Virus record (IMG/VR): IMGVR_UViG_3300044611_001018
DNA length: 64,000 bases
Reading direction: 5' to 3' (one strand)
Origin: a virus
Taxonomy: Duplodnaviria; Caudoviricetes
Below, one piece after another: positions 1 to 8,278 of this stretch (positions are counted from its first letter, which is position 1; each line of letters begins with the position of its first letter). The notes beneath the pieces were generated by a model. The model did not search any database, had not been told where the DNA came from, and saw only the letters and a program-made list of their open reading frames with translations. The position numbers and the translations under genes were made by a program.

Positions 1-122
1 ACAAACTCTTCTGGGTTGTTAAGAATCTTCTGTGCTTTCTGATAAGTTACATAAGCACCATAACAAAGTGCTCCACTAATCGCTAGACTTGTCGCTGACA
101 GAATGATCGCTAGGTTCTTCAT
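1..122 (-). CDS. Hypothetical membrane protein, partial (runs off window start)
   Basis: Manual translation MKNLAIILSATSLAISGALCYGAYVTYQKAQKILNNPEEF..., with a hydrophobic N-terminal helix. Confidence 0.55.
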   Translation of the reverse strand, partial: MKNLAIILSATSLAISGALCYGAYVTYQKAQKILNNPEEF

Positions 123-228
123 CTTTCATTTCCTCAAATGCTAACCTTAATATGTAGTAAATGATATATGCAGTAAAGGCAAGTCCGCAGGATAATAATA
201 TTACAACACCCCAAGGAAACTCACTCAT
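76..228 (-). CDS. Small single-TM hypothetical protein (50 aa)
   Basis: Manual translation MSEFPWGVVILLSCGLAFTAYIIYYILRLAFEEMKDEE...; below the ORF track cutoff; starts right after the 533 aa gene. Confidence 0.5.
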   Translation of the reverse strand: MSEFPWGVVILLSCGLAFTAYIIYYILRLAFEEMKDEEPSDHSVSDKSSD

Positions 229-233
229 AATAA

Positions 234-1835
234 TTACCTACTAATCTCTTCCCAGTCCATAGACCCGTGAATATCTGCACCATTAGAATTGGAAGAAGCA
301 ACGAGAGAAAGTTCATAAGGTGTTCCTGTTAATGCATCCCTTTCCAACTGAAACTTAAATAATGCCTCTTTAAGAATATCAACTGGTGTTGAACCTTGAT
401 TAGACCCGTACAAATATCCAGATGCTAATATTCTTCCACCAGTATAAGTTCCACCATCAATTTTATATTCCACAGAACTATCAATACCAGCATCGACCCA
501 AGTTCCACCAACAGATGTTCCTGTTGCTCTTACTTGCCAGTTATAAACTGCATTGTTTGTAATACCAAGAATTGAAAGTGCAGTCATAATTACAATTGCA
601 TCCAATCTATTTGGCGTTGCTTTAAGACGAATTGATAAAACAGTATAATAAGTTCCTGCAGTTGTTAAATCAACTGGTGTTTGAACAGGTGTTCCTGCTG
701 CTTGCTGCAATCCACGAAGTTCATAACCACCCTCTGAAATTACAGTAGAACAAACTTGTTTTAATGTGCTCGCACTCGTTGTAATTCCAGTATTTGCAAT
801 CTCATATCTCAAAGGTAATGATGCTGTTGTGATATAAGTTGTATTGATAAGATTTGCGTGATGGAATGAGTGGCAGTGAATAAACTTACCATCAACTACA
901 AATCCTAGTCTTACCGTTCCAAGTCCCAACCATTCAATATCCATCCACATAATTTGTGCTTTGCTGATATCTAATGTGACACCAGATGGATTGAGATGCC
1001 CAGGACCAAGCATCGTATCAACATTCCAACTTGCTTGTGATACTCTTGTTTCTGTTGTAATTCCTGGAACATATGTTCTTTCTACAAAATATAAATTACT
1101 TCCATCAAGTTCTAAATACATCCCATTATCTGCACCAAAGTATCCTACTCTTTGACGAAGATTTGATTTTGTTGGATTCATTACAAACGTATTCAATACC
1201 TGTAATGATTTTCCTGGTTGATAAGAGAATACTTTTGTAGTTTCTCTGATGATTGATGCGGTGCTTCCAACACCAACAGTCATATTAATCAAACCTTGTG
1301 CTGTCGAAAATCCAACTGTTGAACCAGTACCAACAACTAAACCACTCCAAAGATTATTGTCTCTATATCTGTGAGATGAATCAAAGAGAGTGAGTGGAGT
1401 AGACATCCTCTGCCTACCAAATGCATCTGTTGCTATTGGTGGTAATTCGATATCAACAGTTCCTGTAACTGGAAATGGATTTGTGGTGCTGACTGGTGAA
1501 TTATTGAGGTTAATTGATACTTGTCCAGTGGTTCCAATACCTACAGTATTCAGTAATGTAGAAATACCGACTGGAAGATATGGTGTTGTTAATGCACCAC
1601 TGGTTCCAACTTCAACTATATGGGAATGAATTGGATTTTCTGGTGTACTTGTAACAGTTACTATTCCAGGAATACTAATATCACCATTAATTGTAATACT
1701 AGAACTTCCAAGAGATACTGGAAATGGATTGTCAACACTAACTGGTTGACCATCTTTAGTTGCAATATTATTAACTTCAAATAAAGATCTTTCTTGATTT
1801 AAATAATCTTGATTTTGTATATTCCACTGTGCCAT
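234..1835 (-). CDS. Probable virion structural / tail-associated protein (533 aa)
   Basis: G/T/S/V-rich beta-type composition; repeated PVSxxNPFPV motif; DAFGRQRMSTPLTLFDS block typical of phage structural proteins. Confidence 0.55.
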   Translation of the reverse strand: MAQWNIQNQDYLNQERSLFEVNNIATKDGQPVSVDNPFPVSLGSSSITINGDISIPGIVTVTSTPENPIHSHIVEVGTSGALTTPYLPVGISTLLNTVGIGTTGQVSINLNNSPVSTTNPFPVTGTVDIELPPIATDAFGRQRMSTPLTLFDSSHRYRDNNLWSGLVVGTGSTVGFSTAQGLINMTVGVGSTASIIRETTKVFSYQPGKSLQVLNTFVMNPTKSNLRQRVGYFGADNGMYLELDGSNLYFVERTYVPGITTETRVSQASWNVDTMLGPGHLNPSGVTLDISKAQIMWMDIEWLGLGTVRLGFVVDGKFIHCHSFHHANLINTTYITTASLPLRYEIANTGITTSASTLKQVCSTVISEGGYELRGLQQAAGTPVQTPVDLTTAGTYYTVLSIRLKATPNRLDAIVIMTALSILGITNNAVYNWQVRATGTSVGGTWVDAGIDSSVEYKIDGGTYTGGRILASGYLYGSNQGSTPVDILKEALFKFQLERDALTGTPYELSLVASSNSNGADIHGSMDWEEISR

Positions 1836-1838
1836 AAA

Positions 1839-2159
1839 TCAATCAATCCATTCTAATTTTGAGGGGTGGTATCTTTTTGTATTTTTAATATTGAAGTTTT
1901 TTTCTTCTGCTGGATAAATTTGATGAACTACAGCACCTGGATATTCACCTTGAAGTTGTTCTCCCAAATCCCTCTTTGAAGGAATTCCATTTTTGGAGAC
2001 TAAATCAAGTCTATAAAGATTACCCTTCCACATAATATCCGCAGAGTATTCTTCCCCAACTTGTTGTGTTTGTGGTTCTGAATTATTAATATAAAGATTG
2101 CCGTTAAAATCTCCAGCAATCGTTACACTTTCTGACAAAAATTGTTTGAAAGATTTCAT
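1839..2159 (-). CDS. Hypothetical protein with capsid-targeting-like N-terminus (MKSFKQFLSE)
   Basis: Likely start at ATG 2159; CTAAATA late-promoter-like motif at 2181-2187. Confidence 0.6.
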   Translation of the reverse strand: MKSFKQFLSESVTIAGDFNGNLYINNSEPQTQQVGEEYSADIMWKGNLYRLDLVSKNGIPSKRDLGEQLQGEYPGAVVHQIYPAEEKNFNIKNTKRYHPSKLEWID

Positions 2160-2183
2160 CTGAAACAATCCATTATATTATAT

Positions 2184-2930
2184 TTAGTATTTACCCTCCA
2201 CACAGTAATCTGACTTTTTATTTGGTGTATATTCCTTATAACCTTCTTGTGGATTCATCCATCCACAACCAATCAACCACTCCATCGTCATTGGAGTAGG
2301 TCTTACCTGTTCCCACAGTGGTCCTTTAGCACACATCTCCAAGTATTTGGCAGTTTGATTTAATTGTTCTTCTGCCCAGTTGGCATCTGCTTCCCAAGGA
2401 ACAGCACGACTTTGACCCATAGATTCATAAGCAAGTTTAGTCGTCTTCATCACCCAAGCAGGAATCTCAGAATCTTGATGAACTTGTGCCATAAAAGATG
2501 TTTTCAATCCACCACCCATACAATCCTGAACAGTGTGCCATCCTTCATGTCTTAGAGTTCCCAGAAACTCTCTAGGGTCTTGAATAAGACTTTCGTTAAT
2601 GAAGAAACGATTATATTCTGGTTTATATAAACCTATCGTTCTTGGTGTAAAGTATCTACTAGGACCAACATAAACTGGGACATCCAATTTGTTGAGTGCT
2701 ACTAGAATAGATTTGATTTCGGATCGAAAGGTATCAAACTCTTTACCAGATAAAAATGCAGATTCTGGTGTAAGTTGTTCGACTCCTTCTGTACATTCTC
2801 TGAGTATCATACAACCCATCGCTGCAAGGCTGTATGCTGGAACTGTTGGTTGTTTCTTTTCTAATGAACTAGCAAATGCGGGAAATGCCAGAGTTAATGA
2901 TAAACCAAATGCTGCAAAGAGTTTCTTCAT
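2184..2930 (-). CDS. Secreted zincin-like metallopeptidase (HExxH)
   Basis: Signal-peptide-like MKKLFAAFGLSLTLAFPAFA; LRHEGWHTVQD motif; downstream E in WEADA. Confidence 0.55.
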   Translation of the reverse strand: MKKLFAAFGLSLTLAFPAFASSLEKKQPTVPAYSLAAMGCMILRECTEGVEQLTPESAFLSGKEFDTFRSEIKSILVALNKLDVPVYVGPSRYFTPRTIGLYKPEYNRFFINESLIQDPREFLGTLRHEGWHTVQDCMGGGLKTSFMAQVHQDSEIPAWVMKTTKLAYESMGQSRAVPWEADANWAEEQLNQTAKYLEMCAKGPLWEQVRPTPMTMEWLIGCGWMNPQEGYKEYTPNKKSDYCVEGKY

Positions 2931-3121
2931 TCTCTTCCCTCTTGTTTATGTATCCAGACCTTCAAATCTTTTACATATTTTCTTAATATTTCTGCTTGTG
3001 ATAAGTGCCAGTCATCTCCCGATTTAATATATGCCTTGATGTGTTCATCGACAGCATCAAGGCACTTTTTAATTACAGGATTCCAGGGTTCCCGAATTGG
3101 AGTATTCCATTCGCGTGGCAT
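2927..3121 (-). CDS. Hypothetical protein (64 aa)
   Basis: ORF track; 4-nt ATGA overlap with the next gene. Confidence 0.6.
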   Translation of the reverse strand: MPREWNTPIREPWNPVIKKCLDAVDEHIKAYIKSGDDWHLSQAEILRKYVKDLKVWIHKQEGRE

Positions 3122-3134
3122 AATACCTCATAAA

Positions 3135-3248
3135 TCATTTTTTCTTACCACCATTCTTTGCCTTTTTAGCAGTAGCATTACCCTGGTTCTGCTTGGATTG
3201 TTTTCCTCCAGCAGAACCTTTCTTACCTTTATTAGCAGACTTGGACAT
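3135..3248 (-). CDS. Small Lys/Gly-rich basic peptide (37 aa)
   Basis: Manual translation MSKSANKGKKGSAGGKQSKQNQGNATAKKAKNGGKKK; TAATG coupling to the upstream gene. Confidence 0.55.
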   Translation of the reverse strand: MSKSANKGKKGSAGGKQSKQNQGNATAKKAKNGGKKK

Positions 3249-3589
3249 TATGCTCCTGTGCGGGGTTGAACGTAACCTTCACCATCTTCCACCTTAGTTT
3301 CAAGTGCTTCAACTCTTGCTTCAAGAGTTTCTGGTGCTTCTGGTTCTGGTGGAGCAGCAGCAACTACTTCTTCCCTACGTGGTTCCTCTTTTTGGTCATC
3401 ATCATCTCCACCTTTCTTCATGGTGTTAATTCCAAAGGTTGCAGCGGAGGCAGTAAAAACGGTTGCGATAAAAGTTGGATCCATTTTAGCAAGAAGCCCA
3501 GCATACGATGCTGTCAGAAGTGCGGCAGACCAACTCAAAATCGAAATACGAATCAATTGTCCCATAGCGTTTTCCTTTTTCTTTTCCAT
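3248..3589 (-). CDS. Two-TM membrane protein with acidic C-tail (possible holin-like)
   Basis: Two hydrophobic segments followed by an acidic tail; lies near the lysin genes. Confidence 0.45.
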   Translation of the reverse strand: MEKKKENAMGQLIRISILSWSAALLTASYAGLLAKMDPTFIATVFTASAATFGINTMKKGGDDDDQKEEPRREEVVAAAPPEPEAPETLEARVEALETKVEDGEGYVQPRTGA

Positions 3590-3625
3590 CAGTCCTGATG
3601 ATTGATGTACTTCTTATTTAGGTTT

Positions 3626-5956
3626 TTAGAACTTAAACTTGACTTTTGCAGCAACAGAATTGTTAGTAACTCCATTGTTTACACCATGAGAACCTTCAAC
3701 AAATAATATTTCTTTATAATCCAGAGAAGCACTTACACCATAAGAACTATCAGTTCCATAAGCACCTTCTACACTGACACCAAATAAATCTTTCTTCTTG
3801 CCACCAAAACGAGTTTCTAATTTAAGTCCTGCTTCACCAACATGTGTTGTTTGATTGTGACCATCAACACTTCTAGCAGACTGAATGGAACCAGTTTCAT
3901 TATATGCATTTCTCTTTACATTTTGAACAGTATAACCAATAAATGGTTTTACTGCTTTATTAAGATGCCAATATAATCGATTAGAAACCCACCACTCAGT
4001 TCCAGTTGTTTCACCAGCATTATTAAAGACACCTTCTACATTTCTATTGTACTTATAATTGCTGTTCGCAATCGCAGCATTGGTATTCAGAGTCAGTGTA
4101 TTACCTCTGAGTTCACTGAATATACCGAAATGGTCTTTGTTCTGTTGTGTGCTTGAGTCAACGCCATTGAGGTTTGTGTTAACTCTATTATACTGAGCAC
4201 CAAGAGTCCAACCTTTGGTTACATCAAACTCAAACCCACCACCGAAGATTTTAGAATCAGCATTATAACCATCAGCATTATAAGACTGAACAAATCTGTT
4301 ATTCTCAAATACTCTTAATCTTTGATTACCTGCGGTTGGTTCATGATTCAAAAGTCCATTAATACCATCATTAATTCCATCAAGAACTTCTAACTGATCC
4401 ACTCTACCAAAGTAAAAATCATAAGAATCTGATACTGCAACATCATTAGAATAAGCATAAGAATATGATGGAGTTCCGTCAATTACGGTTGTTGTTCCAT
4501 CAGCATAAACAGTTGTGGTAACTGGAGTTGTAGTTGTGGTAGTAACCATTGGAGTGGTTACAGTTGTCACCGTTTGTTTTTTGATTTGTTGTTTTCCACT
4601 AGATTCACTTGCTTCAAAATTATATACTTTGGTTGTAACTGCTGGAAGTGTTTGAGAAGCGGCAATCGCAGAAGAAACGGAAGGAGCAATCGTTGATGTA
4701 TAGTTTAGAACTGTTGCCGTTACTTGCGATGTAGAAGGTCCATTAGACGTTGAACTAGTTACAACTGGCGTTCCATTTGATGTGGTTGTAGAACCATCAG
4801 AATATGTGGTGGTTGTAACTGGAGTTGTAGTTGTGGTAGTTGTAGTAACTGGAGTTGTAGTTTCTACAGTATCAGTATAGTTCTGAACTACTCCATATCC
4901 ATTACCGTCAAGATTGCTTACATTATAAGTAACCTGAGCTGTTACTACAACATTTGAAGTTGATGAAGATGTTGATACCTGATCTGTTGTAGATGTTCCA
5001 GTTACTGTTGGAGCAGGTGGTGGTGTTGGAGTTGGAGTTGGAGGTGTGGGTGGGGTTGGATTTACTGTGGGAGCATTTGGATTGTTGGGAGCAACAGCAC
5101 CAAATGGTTGTCCATTTGCTAATGTAGTTCCTGGTTGACTATCAACTAAAAGAACTGGTGAAAGTGAAGTATCTCCAAGATTAAATACTGCAAATCCTAA
5201 TAGGTAAGCACCAGTTACATCAACTTGATATGTTGAATTTTGCCATCCAGTAGAACCATAGGTTCCTGTTGAGTAATCTCCTGTTCCTGGATTGGTAAAT
5301 CCAAGTAGAGCATAGTTCTGAACATAGTTATTGACAGTTACGACTGGAGTAGAACCAGTTCCCTGATAAACAAGAGATGTGATAGAACCATCGTTAAATG
5401 GAACATAATCAGTTCCAATGTAGTTCCAAGACATCGTGTAAGTAGTTCCAGCATCAAGATTTACATTTTGAGTTATCCAAGCAGCATTAGTTGGATTGGG
5501 ATTTCCTAGTCCCGATGCTTGTTGGTCTTGCTGAAGTTTTGTTTTGATTGCTTGATTTTCTGCAGATGTAAGACCTAATGCAGAAGTTGCTGCATCAAAT
5601 GTTGTTGAACCTGTTGGTTGTAATGCAGCACCAGCAGTTCCATATGGAGAGAATGTCCAAGTTGTTGGTGTTGTTGCTGGGGCATGATATGGATTTGGCG
5701 ATCCATCTTGAAGAGTAGGACTTCCTACCGCGCCATGAGAAGGAGCATTAAATGTTACTGAACCATTGATTGCGGTGACACCAGTTCCGTTACCAGTGAT
5801 TGTTCCATTTGTTAGATTTCCTGGTTGAGATCCAACATTCCATCCAGATAGTGTTCCCCCCTCAAAATCTGTACCAGAAATCGTATCCGCAAATGCGGTT
5901 GGTGCTCCCATTAAAAGAGCAGACGCTACAGCAAGCGCCTTCTTAGCGTAAGACAT
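3626..5956 (-). CDS. Autotransporter-like outer membrane protein (signal peptide, passenger domain, Thr-rich stalk, C-terminal beta-barrel)
   Basis: N-terminal signal ending PTAFA; Pro/Thr-rich linker; amphipathic beta strands; terminal ...KVKFKF aromatic BAM-type signal. Confidence 0.65.
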   Translation of the reverse strand: MSYAKKALAVASALLMGAPTAFADTISGTDFEGGTLSGWNVGSQPGNLTNGTITGNGTGVTAINGSVTFNAPSHGAVGSPTLQDGSPNPYHAPATTPTTWTFSPYGTAGAALQPTGSTTFDAATSALGLTSAENQAIKTKLQQDQQASGLGNPNPTNAAWITQNVNLDAGTTYTMSWNYIGTDYVPFNDGSITSLVYQGTGSTPVVTVNNYVQNYALLGFTNPGTGDYSTGTYGSTGWQNSTYQVDVTGAYLLGFAVFNLGDTSLSPVLLVDSQPGTTLANGQPFGAVAPNNPNAPTVNPTPPTPPTPTPTPPPAPTVTGTSTTDQVSTSSSTSNVVVTAQVTYNVSNLDGNGYGVVQNYTDTVETTTPVTTTTTTTTPVTTTTYSDGSTTTSNGTPVVTSSTSNGPSTSQVTATVLNYTSTIAPSVSSAIAASQTLPAVTTKVYNFEASESSGKQQIKKQTVTTVTTPMVTTTTTTPVTTTVYADGTTTVIDGTPSYSYAYSNDVAVSDSYDFYFGRVDQLEVLDGINDGINGLLNHEPTAGNQRLRVFENNRFVQSYNADGYNADSKIFGGGFEFDVTKGWTLGAQYNRVNTNLNGVDSSTQQNKDHFGIFSELRGNTLTLNTNAAIANSNYKYNRNVEGVFNNAGETTGTEWWVSNRLYWHLNKAVKPFIGYTVQNVKRNAYNETGSIQSARSVDGHNQTTHVGEAGLKLETRFGGKKKDLFGVSVEGAYGTDSSYGVSASLDYKEILFVEGSHGVNNGVTNNSVAAKVKFKF
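4519..4840. repeat. Internal duplication in the Thr-rich stalk (25-nt exact repeat at 4519-4543 and 4816-4840)
   Basis: taactggagttgtagttgtggtagt occurs twice; protein repeat TTPVTTTxYxDGxTT..GTP. Confidence 0.7.
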
Positions 5957-5960
5957 AAAA

Positions 5961-6042
5961 AGTCCTCTATGACTCAGTGTGTACTAAACGAAACAAACTA
6001 AAGTTGTTTAAAAGTAAAGTATTCACCAAGTCTCAGAGGACT
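5961..6042 (-). promoter_or_regulatory. Structured 5' leader pairing with the SD of the autotransporter gene
   Basis: AGTCCTCT pairs with AGAGGACT (contains the SD), and GACTTGGTG pairs with CACTGAGTC; about 17 bp of stem. Confidence 0.55.
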
Positions 6043-6095
6043 CGGGGTATGTAGATTCAGACCAGTTAAGATCAAGAATCAGTTATGATTGTAAC

Positions 6096-6102
6096 TATTT
6101 AT
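6096..6102 (-). promoter_or_regulatory. Late promoter (ATAAATA) for the autotransporter-like gene
   Basis: Matches the gp55-type late consensus; overlaps the lysozyme stop codon. Confidence 0.55.
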
Positions 6103-6767
6103 CCTTTTTTCCAAGCTTCACCTTCTGCCTTTCTTCTACGTGCTAAACCTGCTTCCACATTAGAACCAGGATTGCGGTAGAGATAAAGAGCATCGGGAAC
6201 TAAGTCCCACTCCTTATTCTTCAGGCGTTTAGTAATAGTATTAAAGTTATCACCACCGTAGAAACCAGCGCCGAGATTATAAGCAAAGCTGAGAAGAGCG
6301 CCTCTTTTTCCATCTGACATTTCCCCCCAATGTGGAATTTTACGAAGTGCAGGAAGAAACTGGTTCTTGCACTGACTAATCAATAGTTCATCAGCTTCCT
6401 GTTGTGTGATTGCATCACCCATCTTAAATGGGGAACCATCTTTCTTACGAGTTGAACCCCATCCGATTGTGATTGGAAGTCCACCAGATAAGGGGTCTGG
6501 ATATGCCTTTAGATGGCATCCTTCAAACTCTTTAATCAACTTGATGCCCATTTGTGGGACATCATCACCACCAGTTACAGGAGCTGCAGCAGCGGCAGGG
6601 TCTGGTGCAGCACTAGTCTTTTTTCCACGATAAATCTCTGCCCAATCTACATTGTCCTCAAGGAACTTAACTGGGAGATTATCTTCTAACCACTGAACTG
6701 CTTTAACATGGTTAGGATTCTTCTCGTCATAAAACTTGAAGAAGTTGTGTAAATCAATCCTTGCCAT
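6099..6767 (-). CDS. GH24 phage lysozyme (endolysin) with N-terminal accessory module
   Basis: IKEFEGCHLKAYPD..TIGWG catalytic E/D/T motif; ALLSFAYNLG; GLARRRKAE. Confidence 0.9.
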   Translation of the reverse strand: MARIDLHNFFKFYDEKNPNHVKAVQWLEDNLPVKFLEDNVDWAEIYRGKKTSAAPDPAAAAAPVTGGDDVPQMGIKLIKEFEGCHLKAYPDPLSGGLPITIGWGSTRKKDGSPFKMGDAITQQEADELLISQCKNQFLPALRKIPHWGEMSDGKRGALLSFAYNLGAGFYGGDNFNTITKRLKNKEWDLVPDALYLYRNPGSNVEAGLARRRKAEGEAWKKG

Positions 6768-6963
6768 TTGGTCCTCCTACATTTGGAAAATAAATTTGAA
6801 ACAATTCGTCTGCTTCTTTATGTCGTCCTTGGTTTGTGAGTTTTTTCACTTCTTCCAGAATTTTTTTCTTAAACTCAGTCGAAGATCCTTCCCCACCCAT
6901 CATTACCTCCTGGGCACCAACGATGCTTGAGAACTGCTTTAGTGTAAATGGTCTTCTTACCAT
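6754..6963 (-). CDS. Small hypothetical protein; real start probably near 6903
   Basis: ORF sits between the two lysin-like genes; helical KKKILEEVKKL segment. Confidence 0.45.
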   Translation of the reverse strand: MVRRPFTLKQFSSIVGAQEVMMGGEGSSTEFKKKILEEVKKLTNQGRHKEADELFQIYFPNVGGPNGKD

Positions 6964-7546
6964 TTGTCACAGGACCAGTATAGTTATCGTTGAGGGAACC
7001 ATATGGGTCATTAACAAAATATCCTTTACCATCTGGAGTCTTACCGATGACTACACACATGTGTCCACCAGTAGGATTAGATAAAGAACCGCGATGCAGG
7101 ATACCAATAACAACAGGTTTTCCAGCATCAAGACTCTTATCAATGTCAGCAAAGGAAAGATTGTAACTAAAGTGGGACTTAATACCATAACCTGCGAGGA
7201 CTTTTGTCTGTACCGCATGGTCAGTCGTGTCGCCAATCGCAAATACCTTTTTAACGTACTCATCGTCGCCTTTGATACTTCCTGGCTTGAGGAAGGCAAG
7301 GCACATAGCGCACGATGAACTGTTACAAGTTCTATGTGCATCTCTGTAGTTATCTACTTGATTAAAATATGGAACATCAAGTACTGCTGGAGTTGGTGGT
7401 TTAGTTCTGAAGATGCCAATCCAATCAGTCTCTGAATCATCTAGGAATTGAGCAGGTAGGTTATCCTCTAACCACTGCACTGCTGCTACATGATTCGCAT
7501 TACCATCATCATAAAACTTAAAAAAGTTATGAAGATCTAGAGTCAT
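6875..7546 (-). CDS. C39-like cysteine peptidase with the same N-terminal module as the lysozyme
   Basis: VPYFNQ..RTCNSSSCAM (catalytic Cys), GGHMCVVIG (His), VNDPYG (Asp). Confidence 0.75.
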   Translation of the reverse strand: MTLDLHNFFKFYDDGNANHVAAVQWLEDNLPAQFLDDSETDWIGIFRTKPPTPAVLDVPYFNQVDNYRDAHRTCNSSSCAMCLAFLKPGSIKGDDEYVKKVFAIGDTTDHAVQTKVLAGYGIKSHFSYNLSFADIDKSLDAGKPVVIGILHRGSLSNPTGGHMCVVIGKTPDGKGYFVNDPYGSLNDNYTGPVTNGKKTIYTKAVLKHRWCPGGNDGWGRIFD

Positions 7547-7570
7547 GGATTATCTCTATAAACACTAACG

Positions 7571-7578
7571 TATTTATA
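7571..7578 (-). promoter_or_regulatory. T4-type late promoter TATAAATA
   Basis: Perfect consensus about 25 nt upstream of the peptidase-lysozyme operon. Confidence 0.75.
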
Positions 7579-7596
7579 TTTTAGTGTTTGTAAAGA

Positions 7597-7797
7597 TTAA
7601 TACCGTTCAATTGACATAATTTCAATATCTTCTATTCCTAACGTTTCCGAATCAATCCATTCTTCAAATTCACCAGCAATTGCCATAGCATCTTTAAATT
7701 GATTCTCTGTGGGTTTGGTTTTTGTCATTGATTCGATTCGGTCCATTGCCCAATGATAAACATGACCAACAATTTCTTCAGTCGTCGCTTCTACCAT
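7597..7797 (-). CDS. Hypothetical protein (66 aa, MVEATTEEIVGHVYHW...)
   Basis: Start re-assigned to ATG 7797, which overlaps the end of the endonuclease gene. Confidence 0.55.
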   Translation of the reverse strand: MVEATTEEIVGHVYHWAMDRIESMTKTKPTENQFKDAMAIAGEFEEWIDSETLGIEDIEIMSIERY

Positions 7798-8215
7798 AAT
7801 AATCTTTTCTGTAGTATCTGCTGAGGATGTTGCTATTGTAGTAGGCAGGGGTTCCGTCGTCAAGTCCTTCTGTGAGGACATTATTAAAGAAGAGTTGTCT
7901 TGTTTCTTCAAAGTTAGTTTTGCCCTTTGTTTTATGTAATGAGATAATAGTGCGCGTAAAATTCTCCCTACCATACTTTTTCACATCCTCCTTGAGTTCT
8001 GGGCACGATCCATAATAGCACTTCCAGTCAGATTCTGCCTTAACTTTTCTAGATTTTCCTCTTGGTGTGCGGAAACTCCAGAAATACTTTCTACCAATAT
8101 ACTTGCGACCAGTCTGACTGCAATCAATACGATATACAAAACCAAAATAATCTTGAATATCACTTGAATCAAATTCCTTTCCATTGTAGATCCAAGGATT
8201 CTCATAGTCAACCAT
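7778..8215 (-). CDS. denA: GIY-YIG nuclease, T4 endonuclease II-like
   Basis: GFVYRI...KYIGRK, YYGS..L..DVKKYG.ENF.R; single catalytic domain of about 145 aa. Confidence 0.7.
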   Translation of the reverse strand: MVDYENPWIYNGKEFDSSDIQDYFGFVYRIDCSQTGRKYIGRKYFWSFRTPRGKSRKVKAESDWKCYYGSCPELKEDVKKYGRENFTRTIISLHKTKGKTNFEETRQLFFNNVLTEGLDDGTPAYYNSNILSRYYRKDYYGRSDD

Positions 8216-8244
8216 TGAGACATTACCTTTTTTGGTATTTAGAT

Positions 8245-8274
8245 AAAAAAAAGACCCCTCATGAGAGGGGTCTT
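8245..8274 (-). terminator. Rho-independent terminator followed by a CTAAATA late promoter
   Basis: aagacccctc-tcat-gaggggtctt plus U tract. Confidence 0.8.
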
Positions 8275-8278
8275 AAAC

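Noticed and set aside
4500-5060. Short repeated units resembling an array
   Set aside because: They are Thr/Pro codon repeats within a CDS, with no constant repeat-spacer period; no CRISPR array was seen in the window
7798-7974. N-terminal extension of the 125-aa ORF
   Set aside because: Overlaps the endonuclease gene out of frame; the downstream ATG at 7797 is the more plausible start
7778-8215. GIY-YIG protein as a mobile homing endonuclease
   Set aside because: Single short catalytic domain with no DNA-binding tail; fits T4 endonuclease II better
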